Shown here: piece by piece, positions 28,072 to 38,041 of the stretch
How the letters are laid out: each line of letters starts with the position of its first letter
Position numbering within the stretch: the first letter of the stretch is position 1
Source of the DNA: an uncultured archaeon
GTDB lineage: Archaea; EX4484-52; LFW-46
Length of the DNA: 64,000 nucleotides
Direction of reading: 5' to 3'
Assembly (NCBI GenBank): GCA_902384675.1
Contig: CABMCT010000031.1
Location: 3,425 to 67,424, forward strand
The notes under the pieces: model-generated
Databases searched by the model: none
What the model was told of the DNA's origin: nothing
What the model saw: only the letters and a program-made list of their open reading frames with translations
Translations under genes and position numbers: made by a program

Positions 28072-29653
28072 ATGCGAGTTCCAAGCTTTCGAACCCAAAT
28101 TGGTTGCGAATGGTTCGAAATGGGAATAAACCTCACAATTTCTGAAGAACTAGCGGGATTAGATGAAATATCGGGCTTTTCGCCCAATACATAATCCAAA
28201 TGGCGAAAAGTCTGTTCGCTTGCTCTCAGCTTTACAGCCCAAAGCATCTGCGAATGGCTGTAAATCTTCTCACTTCGCCTTATTAACCATTAATAGCTCC
28301 GTTCGAGGCTCTTCATTCCAAAGAAGTTGGCGAATGAATGAAGATGGTGTGGAGAGTAAGCCCCCTTTTGTTTGGCCCGTCTCTGTCTCTGCTTAATTTG
28401 CAGGACTGGTGGGCGTTATCGCATTAGACTCCTCTCACTTTCGTGAAAGACGCGAATTGCTTCGCGCGCGTCGTTCGACTTGCACGCATGGACGGTCATG
28501 AAAATCTTTGCAGATTTTCAAGCTTTCCAAGTTCGTAAGAACCTGGAAATCGTTTCATCCTTATTCCGGAAACGTCGAATACTCTCATTCTTAACCGGAG
28601 GAGGTATCGTTTCTAATCCGTTGCCGCGCCTCCCGGCGCCCTGGTTTTCCAGGATTAAATGCCTTGCGGCATCCGTGGGGGGACTTTCCTCAATTCCTTA
28701 AAGCGCCATATCACAAGCAGGCGCTCTGAACGCCAACCTATGACAAAACACCCAAAAACCACAGCAACCCTTCCACACCACGCCATTATTACTTGCTCAA
28801 CTATTTAAATTTTAACTCCCCTTTCTTCTCCCAATTTTTCCAGATTTTGAGGCTGCCACGAATCCGAATCGCGCATGTCTTTCGTGTCTTTTGTTGTCTT
28901 TCGCCTGTCTTTCGCTTCGTTTTATAGGGCTTTGTTTACGCCAGTTGATATTCACGAGTGAATAAATTAGTAAAGAGACCTGAGTAGCGCAAATTCTTTT
29001 CAAAAATGGGTGCAAAAGTGTTTTACGTCGGATTTCTCAGGAGAAATGGTCGAAGAGCTGGCAGGAAAGTGGCTGAAAGTGCGGCTGTTGATAGAAGATG
29101 CACTACAGCTGAGCGAGAAAAGTCATGAAAATCTCTATGCAATGTGCAGATTTTCAAGCTTTTCAACCCAATGCAGTTGGCGAATGGTTGAAAATGAGAC
29201 TTTTGACCTTGTAAATCCTTTCGAGTGGCGCTCTAGGCCTTTCAATCTTCGGTTGAAAACTCAAGCTTGACCATAATCATATAGAAGATACAAGAAGGCA
29301 ATGGGCGAGATAGTGTGTGTGGCTAAGCCGGGAGGATATGTGCTGATAACCGTAGTCAATCCGCCTAAAGAGAGCGAATGTATGAAGGGATGAGAAAGGC
29401 AATCTGCGCTATAAAGCGAGCCTTTTTAACGATTCGCGAGGAAAGCCAGTATTTATGAAGCTTTACAGACGCTCGAGAGAAGAATATATGCGCGCCATGC
29501 AAGCCGCGGGCCTGGAAGTGCTTGAAGCAGTCGCGCCAACGCTTGAAGAGCTGGGGAAGTTGGGCCGCTGAAGGAGAAAGATGCGAAGAAGTTTGACAAA
29601 GACGCAATGAATGTGAGAGTTAATTTGGTGATTTTGGGAAGAAAATGCTTTAA

Positions 29654-30262
29654 TCAGTAAATTGGTGCAGATTTGTAGAACTCGTCTAAGATTTTTAATG
29701 TCTTTATTAGCTCATCTCTATCAATCTCCCGCTTCCTGACTTGGCGGCGAGGATAGCTGAAACCTATCATTTTCGCAGCCATGTGCCAGTCTTTCTCTGC
29801 ATTTTTATTTTCAGGATCATCCTTGCTCAAGAATTGTGAGCCTGTCTTGCATGCGCTGAGTTCGCTGGTTTCAGAGAAACCGCCGCTTTCAATAATTATC
29901 CTTTTAAAAAGCTCTTCTTCATTTTCCAGAGAATCGCCATTTGATTTAGGTATGAATATCATTTCATAGACTGTGATATCATCTCCCGTAATAAAAGGAA
30001 TCTTACCACAGCATCCAAAAGCGCTTTCCTCCATTATCGCGACTATTCCGCGATTTTTGTATTTGTATACATCAGCCCTTACGTTAACGTCGTCGCGCGA
30101 GAACCTGTGCCAGTTGGCAATCGGTTCTATGTCCGGATAACGCGACCTGTTAGTGCCTGAATAGACTTTCACAAACTCGTTGCCTGTAAGCGCATCAAAC
30201 GCGCATACAGCCTTTTGATACTGCCCTTTGAAAGGATTAAGTTTGCTTAGCGATTGCACCAT
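29654..30262 (-). CDS. Hypothetical protein
   Basis: 202-aa ORF. Confidence 0.5.
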   Translation of the reverse strand: MVQSLSKLNPFKGQYQKAVCAFDALTGNEFVKVYSGTNRSRYPDIEPIANWHRFSRDDVNVRADVYKYKNRGIVAIMEESAFGCCGKIPFITGDDITVYEMIFIPKSNGDSLENEEELFKRIIIESGGFSETSELSACKTGSQFLSKDDPENKNAEKDWHMAAKMIGFSYPRRQVRKREIDRDELIKTLKILDEFYKSAPIY

Positions 30263-30297
30263 AGTCTCACATTTATTTAACGAATTTTTAAACTTTT

Positions 30298-30978
30298 CTA
30301 AGCTCCGCGATATATGAGATTGGCGTGAGCCGTTTTATTTCGCCGGAAAGCCCAGCGGCTTTTGCCAGTGATTTCAGCGCCTGCATCGAATAACGCTTTG
30401 GATTGCAGGCCTTCTTCTGTATATACTGTATCCGCAGTCACTTCCCTGACATTCAGGCCGAGCGCAGCGTACATTCCGAGCTGTTCCGGAAGCGCCTTTT
30501 TGCTGTAAACGCTGAAAAGTATACTTCCTTCAGGCTTTATTATGCGCTTAGCCTCATTCAGCGCCTGAATTTCGCGGTTTAAGTTTCCGAGCGTATTGAA
30601 CATAAACAGCGCGTAATCGAAAGATTCATCCTTCAGCGGCGTATTTGTCGCATCGCCTCTCACAATTCCTGAGCAGGGCGCCTTTTCCTTTGCCTTGCTT
30701 ACGTAATAGTGGCTGAAATCAAGGCCTATTATTTTATCGCTGTATTTGCCAAGCAGGCTGACTATTCTGCCGTCGCCGCAGCCAAGCTCGGCAATAGCTG
30801 CGCCGTTTTTCACCCTGCCGAGCAAAAATTCTTCCTCATTTGTGAGATATCGCGCTATTTTTTCAGGTTTTGTTCTGAGAGCCTCTTCGAAAACCGGCTT
30901 TTCATAAAATTCTTTCACACTGCTTTCATTTTTTTCATTTCTATTTTGTGGTAACATTCTCTGAGGTATGTTATTCAC
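30298..30978 (-). CDS. Class I SAM-dependent methyltransferase
   Basis: IAELGCGDGRIVSLL motif I, post-I acidic residue, DYALFMFNTLGNL. Confidence 0.8.
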   Translation of the reverse strand: MNNIPQRMLPQNRNEKNESSVKEFYEKPVFEEALRTKPEKIARYLTNEEEFLLGRVKNGAAIAELGCGDGRIVSLLGKYSDKIIGLDFSHYYVSKAKEKAPCSGIVRGDATNTPLKDESFDYALFMFNTLGNLNREIQALNEAKRIIKPEGSILFSVYSKKALPEQLGMYAALGLNVREVTADTVYTEEGLQSKALFDAGAEITGKSRWAFRRNKTAHANLIYRGA

Positions 30979-31058
30979 AGTAATTAAATATTTCCGTCAA
31001 AAATACGAAAAATATATAAAGAAATAAGCATAATATCGTATAATATTCCAAAATCACG

Positions 31059-31547
31059 GTGACATACATGAAAGAACTCGATGAAAAAGAGCGACAGTTG
31101 CTGAATTTGCTTCAGGAAGGAACATTGTGCGTCCCAAGAATAACAAGATTGGCGCATAAACTGCAGATTCCAACTACAACACTTCATTCAAAATTGAAAA
31201 AACTGGAAAACGATGGCGTAATCAAAGGCTACAAAGCGGAACTTGACGGAAAGAAAATCGGCAAAAGCATGATTGTTTTCGCGGTGATAAAAGTAAACTA
31301 TGAAAAAGTTTATCACAACAAAGATGCCATGGAAGATTTCGGTATGCGGCTCGCGAAAATTCCAGAAATACTGGAAGTTCATTCATGTTCCGGCGACTGG
31401 GATTATCTAATCAAGGTTAAAATTAAAGACGCGGATGAGTACGCGAAGGTTGCCCAGAATAAAATACTTCCGCTCGGAGGGATACAGAAATTGGAGAGCT
31501 ATGTTTCGTATGTTACGTTCAAAGAAACTTCGGAAATAAAGCTCTAA
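31059..31547 (+). CDS. Lrp/AsnC-family transcriptional regulator
   Basis: N-terminal HTH (LDEKERQLLNLLQEGTLCVPRITRLAHKLQIPTTTLHSKLKKLENDGVIKGY) plus RAM domain (CSGDWDYLIKVKIKD). Confidence 0.9.
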   Translation: MTYMKELDEKERQLLNLLQEGTLCVPRITRLAHKLQIPTTTLHSKLKKLENDGVIKGYKAELDGKKIGKSMIVFAVIKVNYEKVYHNKDAMEDFGMRLAKIPEILEVHSCSGDWDYLIKVKIKDADEYAKVAQNKILPLGGIQKLESYVSYVTFKETSEIKL

Positions 31548-31553
31548 TTGAAT

Positions 31554-32042
31554 CTATTCCCCGCCCTTTCCGCCACCGATAAACGCGATTGCCCCGACCA
31601 TTACCAGAAGTATCACAATCGTAATAACAGTATCCGAATCAATGCCTGCGCCAAAAGCCGACAGCCCTCCTGCAGAAAGGAAAATGAACAGTACAAGAAG
31701 TGCAAGCGCAATGCCGAGAGCAGCCTTGTGCTCTCCGAAAAGCTCCTCGGGCTTTAACCCGAACATTGCAAGGAACACAAGCAGTATCACAAGCCCTGCG
31801 GCAACAACGCCCATTGTGCCGAAAATTCTGGTGTAAAGAAACCCTCTTGCAATAAAGGCAGTAAGAAATGCAGCAACAATCGCGATAACTCCGTTTACCG
31901 CAGCGTCCTCGCTTATTGTTTTTTTGCTCTGCAAAAGCCCGTAGAATACTGCAAGGAATAAGAGCCACGGAAGCATGAAGTCATAGAACCCCAGATTGCT
32001 TAGGGTTGTAAGCATATTTGAAAAAACGGACATAGATATCAC
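31554..32042 (-). CDS. Paralogous small polytopic membrane protein (LGFYDFxLPWLLF family), copy 1
   Basis: 162 aa; N-terminus SNLGFYDFMLPWLLFLAVFYGLL. Confidence 0.6.
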   Translation of the reverse strand: MISMSVFSNMLTTLSNLGFYDFMLPWLLFLAVFYGLLQSKKTISEDAAVNGVIAIVAAFLTAFIARGFLYTRIFGTMGVVAAGLVILLVFLAMFGLKPEELFGEHKAALGIALALLVLFIFLSAGGLSAFGAGIDSDTVITIVILLVMVGAIAFIGGGKGGE

Positions 32043-32057
32043 ATAAGTTGTTCCTTA

Positions 32058-32612
32058 TCATACACCGGGATGCGCAGGAGGTGGCTTTGGTGCCTCGGTT
32101 TCGCTTTTCCCCTCACCCTTCGTAGCAAACCCAATAACCGCGATGATGAATAAAAACACTAGCCCGATTGTTATGTCGTCGCTGCTTAATCCTAAGGAAA
32201 TGCTTCCTCCGGAAGCCTGGGAAAAAACCACTGCTGCGAACAATACCAGGGCGATGAAGATTATCGAGTACCATTCCTTGTTCTTTTCTGTAATTATTGT
32301 TTTATCAAACCCAAGAACCCCGATGAAAATTATCAATATAACCAGCGTTGCAAGTATCTGCGCCATCGAGCCGAAAAGAGTGCTGTAATAAGCCGAAATT
32401 CCGCCAACAGGAGTGAAATTGACTATGAAAAAAGCAAGAACAGCCGCGATTATTGCGTTTACCTGTTTGGCGCTTTTGTCTTTTTCATCACCGAAAATTG
32501 CCACCTTTGTCAGTACTCCAAGAATCACTGCAAAGAACAAAAGCCATGGCAATACGAAGTCGTAGAATCCAAGACGCTGCAAATTTCCCACAATACTTGT
32601 TAAATCGACCAT
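32058..32612 (-). CDS. Paralogous small polytopic membrane protein, copy 2
   Basis: First 30 aa MVDLTSIVGNLQRLGFYDFVLPWLLFFAVI are identical to copy 3; 110-bp near-identical DNA tract (32358-32467) shared with copy 3. Confidence 0.6.
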   Translation of the reverse strand: MVDLTSIVGNLQRLGFYDFVLPWLLFFAVILGVLTKVAIFGDEKDKSAKQVNAIIAAVLAFFIVNFTPVGGISAYYSTLFGSMAQILATLVILIIFIGVLGFDKTIITEKNKEWYSIIFIALVLFAAVVFSQASGGSISLGLSSDDITIGLVFLFIIAVIGFATKGEGKSETEAPKPPPAHPGV

Positions 32613-32818
32613 TTTTTATCATTCTCCATATTTATTGGATAAAAAAGCCTGGAAACCGCAGTTTCCATGATTTTTTATCATTCTCCATTTTTAACCATTC
32701 ACAATTATTATTGGGTTGAAAAGCTTGACACGAAGCCATCTCGATAAATCTCGAAGGCTTCCAGCTTGAAAAGCTGGAGGTGTCATGATTTTACTTGGAT
32801 AAAAATCATCTCGTTTTA

Positions 32819-32920
32819 CTCGAGGCTTTTGAGGATTTTCCAGCTTGTCTGGAAATCATGCCTTGCGGCAAGCTTTTCAACCTTCGGTTGAAAAAGCCGA
32901 GAGCGCAAGCGAACGGATTA
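32819..32920. mobile_element. MITE-like dispersed hairpin repeat copy (intergenic), twin of the copy in hemK-like gene
   Basis: 84 bp identical to 8915-8998. Confidence 0.7.
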
Positions 32921-32961
32921 ACCTGATGCTTCGGGTTGGAAAGATTAATTATCCTTCCTCC

Positions 32962-33447
32962 TTATTCTTTCATTGCATACCACATTACGCCGAGCACAAA
33001 CAAAGCCACGAATATTGTTGTCATAGTATCGCTTCCGATGCTTGCTATTGCCCCGCCTGCCTGCGTGAAAACCAAAAATGCGAATATTACAAGCACGACG
33101 AAAATCAACGAGCCCCATTTGCTTTTTTCATCGCCGGTCAGGCTCTTTATATTTGTCCCAAGCGACCCCGCGAAAATCACGAGCACCAGAAGTATTGCAA
33201 TTATGGTTCCTGCCGAGCCGAAAAGAGTGCTGTAATAAGCCGAAATTCCGCCCACAGGAGTGAAATTAACTATGAAAAAAGCAAGAACAGCCGCGATTAT
33301 TGCGTTTACCTGCTTTGCGTTGCCGCCGAATATCTTTGCCTGATTAAGAAGCCCGAAAATAACTGCGAAGAACAAAAGCCAGGGAAGAACGAAATCATAA
33401 AAGCCCAAGCGCTGTAAATTACCTACAATTGAAGTCAGGTCGACCAT
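32962..33447 (-). CDS. Paralogous small polytopic membrane protein, copy 3
   Basis: 161 aa; see copy 2. Confidence 0.6.
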   Translation of the reverse strand: MVDLTSIVGNLQRLGFYDFVLPWLLFFAVIFGLLNQAKIFGGNAKQVNAIIAAVLAFFIVNFTPVGGISAYYSTLFGSAGTIIAILLVLVIFAGSLGTNIKSLTGDEKSKWGSLIFVVLVIFAFLVFTQAGGAIASIGSDTMTTIFVALFVLGVMWYAMKE

Positions 33448-33547
33448 TGTATCTCCACTCTTTAATTGTCACTGCGAATATATAAATCTGCTCGGCGGCT
33501 GCCGCGCTTCCAATAAGCTTAAATAAATCCCTTCTTACATAATCCTG

Positions 33548-34294
33548 ATGCTTGACGTCTGGATGTATTCCCTGGGGAGCGTTTTGCTTATCAGCATGAT
33601 TTCATTTACAGGAATATTTACTTTTTCCATGAACGAGAATACCCTAAAGAAGATATTGCTGTTTCTTGTGAGCTTTTCTGCAGGAGCACTTTTCGGCGAT
33701 GCGTTTATCCACCTCCTGCCCGAAGCAGTAGCCGAGGAAGGGTTCAGCATTAATGTTTCATTGGGTTTGCTTGGCGGTATAGTGATGTTTTTTGTGGTGG
33801 AGAAATTCGTGCACTGGAGGCACTGCCATATCCCGACTTCGGAGCATCACCCGCATCCGCTTGCGTTCATGAATCTTGTAGGAGACGGCGTGCATCATTT
33901 TATTGACGGGCTTCTTATCGGCGGGAGCTATCTGGCATCGATTCCTGTAGGCATTGCAACCACGACTGCTGTTGTTTTTCACGAAATTCCGCAGAGGATG
34001 GGTGATTTTGGCGTGCTTATCCATGCAGGGTATTCGAAAGAGAAGGCGATTGTTTTTGATTTTCTGTACTCGCTGACAGCGATTCTTGGTGCGGCAGTCG
34101 CCCTGGCTATAGGAGGCGCCTCGCAAATTTCGCACCTTATAGTCCCTTTTGCCGCAGGAGGATTCATTTATGTCGCGGGCTCTGATTTGATACCCGAATT
34201 GCACAAAGAAACTGACCCTTCAAAATCAGCGGCGCAGCTTATTGCTTTTGTCGCGGGCGTTTTGGTGATGCTGGGATTGCTGGCGGTCGGGTAG
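33548..34294 (+). CDS. ZIP-family zinc/iron permease (ZupT-like)
   Basis: HEIPQRMGDFGVLI ZIP signature; His-rich loop HWRHCHIPTSEHHPHP; 7-8 TM. Confidence 0.85.
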   Translation: MLDVWMYSLGSVLLISMISFTGIFTFSMNENTLKKILLFLVSFSAGALFGDAFIHLLPEAVAEEGFSINVSLGLLGGIVMFFVVEKFVHWRHCHIPTSEHHPHPLAFMNLVGDGVHHFIDGLLIGGSYLASIPVGIATTTAVVFHEIPQRMGDFGVLIHAGYSKEKAIVFDFLYSLTAILGAAVALAIGGASQISHLIVPFAAGGFIYVAGSDLIPELHKETDPSKSAAQLIAFVAGVLVMLGLLAVG

Positions 34295-35054
34295 GTTGTA
34301 TTTCTTCTGATAACTCTTCGATAAAATCAGGTGTGTATGTACTAATAATCGAACTTATGATTTTTTCAAGTTTTGATGTCACCTCATCAGTTCTAACGAG
34401 CGGCTCTTCCTCTTCCTTACATTTATAGTAAATCCGTATCCCAATTTCTCCAAGAAGATGCTTACCAGACGGTATTTTGTGCTCGATATTTAAGTGGAAA
34501 CTTCCTAAGCCGTTAATGCCGCCAAATAATGCTTCATTGAACGGTGCCCTCTCAATGGAGTTCACAAATTTCTCATCGCTTATGCAGTCTTTATTCAGAA
34601 CAGCAATTTCAGAATCATCAACATAATAGATAAGATTTTTCTCTATTCTCTGGGGAGGCGGCATATACACGTGCTTTTCAAGAGTGTGTTTAAAAGATGC
34701 ATCTTTAGAAACGGTTAATACTACTCCCCGCATGAATTCTATGCAGATCTCTTTTGTTTTTTCGATTCCGGGATCGGACTCCTCCTCTATGTAAGCTGCA
34801 ACTATATCCCCTAAATTAGTATTCTGAAAAGGCTTCTTTATCAAATCTAGGTAAGCTCGGTCAAGCGCGATAATTTTCGATTTTCCCGGAAGAGATTCGC
34901 TTAACACGCTGATGCCGGACGCACAGCAATATGCAATTTTACGCCTTGCAAGACTATGCCTTAATACCGGACTATCCAATGCTGGTTCAAGAGAGGTGTA
35001 TGCATCATGTCCTCCATTGAATAAGTAGCTTAAACTTTGTTCATAATCACCCAT
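34239..35054 (-). CDS. Hypothetical protein (start probably internal; 5' end overlaps ZIP gene)
   Basis: 271-aa ORF. Confidence 0.45.
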   Translation of the reverse strand: MGDYEQSLSYLFNGGHDAYTSLEPALDSPVLRHSLARRKIAYCCASGISVLSESLPGKSKIIALDRAYLDLIKKPFQNTNLGDIVAAYIEEESDPGIEKTKEICIEFMRGVVLTVSKDASFKHTLEKHVYMPPPQRIEKNLIYYVDDSEIAVLNKDCISDEKFVNSIERAPFNEALFGGINGLGSFHLNIEHKIPSGKHLLGEIGIRIYYKCKEEEEPLVRTDEVTSKLEKIISSIISTYTPDFIEELSEEIQPTRPPAIPASPKRPRQKQ

Positions 35055-35170
35055 GCAATCGCCATACAGTAACCACTATTACGTGATTCTTATGTGTAGT
35101 TACGTTTAAATACCTTTGCATTACTTAGGCGATTGTCGTATTATGTTTATCTGTCTGCAACATATAAGAA

Positions 35171-35461
35171 CTAGCCCGATACATTCGCCGGGATTATCCT
35201 GCATCTGCTGTCGATACACCTGATTTCTCCCCGCCTGCAGTCCAGGGGGCCTATGCAGGCTTCTGTGCAAAGTTCTCCGGTGCAGTCAGGGGCGTATTTC
35301 CTATTTACCAGTTCTGCCGGATGGCAGCATGTTGCAGGGATGCAATCAGAATCGCTTTGGCAGTATCTTCTTTCTGCCTGCCTTACCGACAAAACCGCAA
35401 TCCAGATAAGCAATATTATGCCTGCAGCCATAATCACAAGAACGAGAATTCTGTTTGCCAT
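35171..35461 (-). CDS. Small membrane-anchored Cys-rich protein
   Basis: N-terminal TM then 12 Cys in 65 aa. Confidence 0.5.
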   Translation of the reverse strand: MANRILVLVIMAAGIILLIWIAVLSVRQAERRYCQSDSDCIPATCCHPAELVNRKYAPDCTGELCTEACIGPLDCRRGEIRCIDSRCRIIPANVSG

Positions 35462-35543
35462 GAAAAGGCTTATTCCTGCCGCTTAAAAAGTTCCTGTTTT
35501 TATCCGGGAAAAGAGTTGCGATTGTCGATTGAATATATGCGAT

Positions 35544-35711
35544 TTATACGGTTATCGCTCCTGCAGGGCACATCTGCGCACAGGTGCCGCACTTTTTGCA
35601 TTTCTTGTTGTCGAATTTCGGGCCATTTTGGCTTTCAGAAATAGCACTATTCGGGCATGCGGAAAGGCATGCAAAGCATTTCATACATAATTTTGAATCG
35701 AGTACTGGCAT
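35544..35711 (-). CDS. 2x[4Fe-4S] ferredoxin, 55 aa (below ORF-track cutoff)
   Basis: MPVLDSKLCMKCFACLSACPNSAISESQNGPKFDNKKCKKCGTCAQMCPAGAITV: two CxxCxxCxxxCP motifs. Confidence 0.7.
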   Translation of the reverse strand: MPVLDSKLCMKCFACLSACPNSAISESQNGPKFDNKKCKKCGTCAQMCPAGAITV

Positions 35712-35991
35712 TTTTGACCATCTCCATTAATTATTTTCCTTTCGCTCCGGGCTAAATCTGCGAAAATCTTCGGATTTTCGCAGATTTCGGAAATACCTCT
35801 TGGTATTTCCTGTATTTCCGAAATGAGGAAATGCTCGCGCATTTCGGAAACCTTGAAAAGCTTTGCTTTTCATGGAAGCCGAGAGTTCCGCGCACAATGG
35901 TTAGTAGGGCGAAACGAAAGGATTTTTAATCATTCACTAATGCATTGGGTTAAAACAAGGTATATTAAAACCAAAATATTAAAAAGATATT

Positions 35992-37020
35992 ATGGGCGTA
36001 AAAATTAGTGAAATCGTTACGAAAGAAGAAATATCAGCCGAAGCGCTCTCCGGAAAAACGCTTGCAGTAGACGCATATAATACAATCTACCAGTTTCTCA
36101 CTATCATCCGCCAGCCGGACGGAACGCCCTTAATGGATTCCGCGGGCAATGTCACGTCGCACCTTTCAGGCATTTTTTACCGCAATGTCAACCTGATGCA
36201 GAACAACATCAAGCCGGTTTATGTTTTCGACGGACCGAGGCCGGAATTCAAGCGCGCGACAACAGAGGCGCGAAATGCGCTCAAAGAGGCAGCGGAAAAA
36301 AGACTTGAGGAAGCAAGGGAAAACGGCGACTTCGCCGAGGCGCGAAAACAGGCACAGCTGGCAACGCGGCTTACTCCTGAAATGGTCGCTGAGGCAAAGG
36401 AACTGCTTGTGGCCCTTGGAATCCCGATTGTGCAGGCTCCGTCAGAAGGGGAGGCGCAGGCCGCTTTCATGGTGAAAAACAAGGACGCGTATGCTTCTGT
36501 TTCGCAGGATATGGATTCCCTGCTGTTTGGCGCGCCAAGGCTCGTGCGCAATCTCAACATTACAGGAAAGCGCAAAATACCGGGAAGCGGAATGTATCGC
36601 GAAATAGTCCCTGAAATAATTCATCTTGACAAGACGCTTGCAGATTTGAAAATCACGCAGGACCAACTGATTATTCTTGGAATTCTTGTGGGCACGGATT
36701 ACAACCCCGGCGGGATTCCGGGAATAGGGCCGAAAAAGGCGCTCAAGCTGGTTACCGAATACAAGGAGTTCGATAAAATCATGGGGCAGGTAAGCTGGAA
36801 TTTTGATATCAGCGCGCGGGATATTTTTGATTTTTTCAGGAGCGTGCCTGTCTTGCACAATTATTCGATTGAGGCGCCGCCGCTTGACAGGCAAAAAATA
36901 CTTGAGATTCTGGTTGAGAAGCACAACTTCTCGCGAGAACGAATAGAATCGATGTTTGCAAAGCTTGACGAGGCAGCCAGAAAGAAGAAGCAGACGACGC
37001 TGTTTGGGTTTAGGAAGTAA
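35992..37020 (+). CDS. fen: Flap endonuclease 1
   Basis: 342 aa; XPG-N/XPG-I domains (LAVDAYNTIYQFL, KPVYVFDGPRPEFK, GIPIVQAPSEGEAQAA, ILVGTDYNPGGIPGIGPKKA); C-terminal PIP-like QTTLFGF. Confidence 0.95.
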   Translation: MGVKISEIVTKEEISAEALSGKTLAVDAYNTIYQFLTIIRQPDGTPLMDSAGNVTSHLSGIFYRNVNLMQNNIKPVYVFDGPRPEFKRATTEARNALKEAAEKRLEEARENGDFAEARKQAQLATRLTPEMVAEAKELLVALGIPIVQAPSEGEAQAAFMVKNKDAYASVSQDMDSLLFGAPRLVRNLNITGKRKIPGSGMYREIVPEIIHLDKTLADLKITQDQLIILGILVGTDYNPGGIPGIGPKKALKLVTEYKEFDKIMGQVSWNFDISARDIFDFFRSVPVLHNYSIEAPPLDRQKILEILVEKHNFSRERIESMFAKLDEAARKKKQTTLFGFRK

Positions 37021-37059
37021 TCTGTTAGCTTTATATATTTTGAACGCCATTATTCAAAT

Positions 37060-37635
37060 ATGAATAATATTATTCAAGAATGTATAACCCGAAGAAGGAT
37101 AGTCGAATTATTCCTGAAATATCCGAAACGGGAATTTACTGTTAATCAGATGTCAAAAATTTCAGGAATTTCCTATGCTACCGCGTGGCGTTTTATTCAG
37201 AAGCTGGACAAATCAGGGATAATTTTTGCACACCCTGTCGGGCATTCGTTGGCCTGTACGCTAAATGAATCTGCGCCGTTTTTAAACGAGGTAAAGGCAG
37301 CGCTTGATATCGAATCATCACCTCACAGACTCGCAGCTAAGGATTTTGTAAGGCGAGCTAAAAAACTCAAAGGTATAAAAAAGATTATCTTATTTGGAAG
37401 CGTATCGAAGGGAACTGAAAAATTAAGAAGCGATGTGGATATTGCCGTTGTTGTTGATAGAGCTTATAAATATTTAGACAATATGACTACAATAATATCC
37501 GGAGAAATTTTAGAAAAATCAAAGATGCAGGTTACACCTATAGTATTAACTGAAAAAGAATATTGGGAAAACGCGCAATTTGCCGGAGAGCTTGAAAAGG
37601 GGATAATTTTGTATGAAAGAGATAAAAGAAGCTGA
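37060..37635 (+). CDS. Winged-HTH fused to MNT nucleotidyltransferase (antitoxin-like)
   Basis: N-terminal HTH (QMSKISGISYATAWRFIQKL) plus ILFGSVSKGTEKLRSDVDIAVVV NTase motif. Confidence 0.75.
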   Translation: MNNIIQECITRRRIVELFLKYPKREFTVNQMSKISGISYATAWRFIQKLDKSGIIFAHPVGHSLACTLNESAPFLNEVKAALDIESSPHRLAAKDFVRRAKKLKGIKKIILFGSVSKGTEKLRSDVDIAVVVDRAYKYLDNMTTIISGEILEKSKMQVTPIVLTEKEYWENAQFAGELEKGIILYERDKRS

Positions 37636-37638
37636 ATT

Positions 37639-37998
37639 TTGGCTCGTAAGTGCAAAAAATTGCTATGGTCCGAACCGGAAGATAGCGAGAAATATACGGT
37701 AGCAGTAGCGCAATCAATACATTCGATAATACGAATAAATGATGCATTGGTTGCAAAATTCCTGAACAAGATAGTTGAAAAACATGACGATGCGCCTGAG
37801 CTATTTTTGGAGATTATCCGCCGAAATGCAATCCCGGCAAAGTTTGCTGATTTCAGGAATACCGTAATCAACCCGGCAGTCAAACTAAAGTCAAAGGTAG
37901 ATTACAAAGGCTATTACAGCAGCAAATCCGATGCCGAGCGCTGGATTCGCAATGCCCAGAAGTTTTTGGATGCAGCAAAGGAATGCTTGAATTGTTAG
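37639..37998 (+). CDS. HEPN-domain protein (cognate toxin-like partner)
   Basis: 119 aa helical; C-terminal ERWIRNAQKFLDAAKECL; starts 3 nt after the MNT gene. Confidence 0.7.
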   Translation: MARKCKKLLWSEPEDSEKYTVAVAQSIHSIIRINDALVAKFLNKIVEKHDDAPELFLEIIRRNAIPAKFADFRNTVINPAVKLKSKVDYKGYYSSKSDAERWIRNAQKFLDAAKECLNC

Positions 37999-38041
37999 TT
38001 TCCTGCTTATCTTTTTAAAGAAATTACGCATATTTAGTTGT

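Noticed and set aside
28005-29607. Several 70-90-aa ORFs on both strands
   Set aside because: All coincide with dispersed-repeat DNA and have repeat-encoded pseudo starts; no coding signal.
34239-34294. 56-bp overlap between ZIP gene and the 34239..35054 ORF
   Set aside because: Probably an over-extended ORF call rather than a true overlap; true start likely at a downstream Met.
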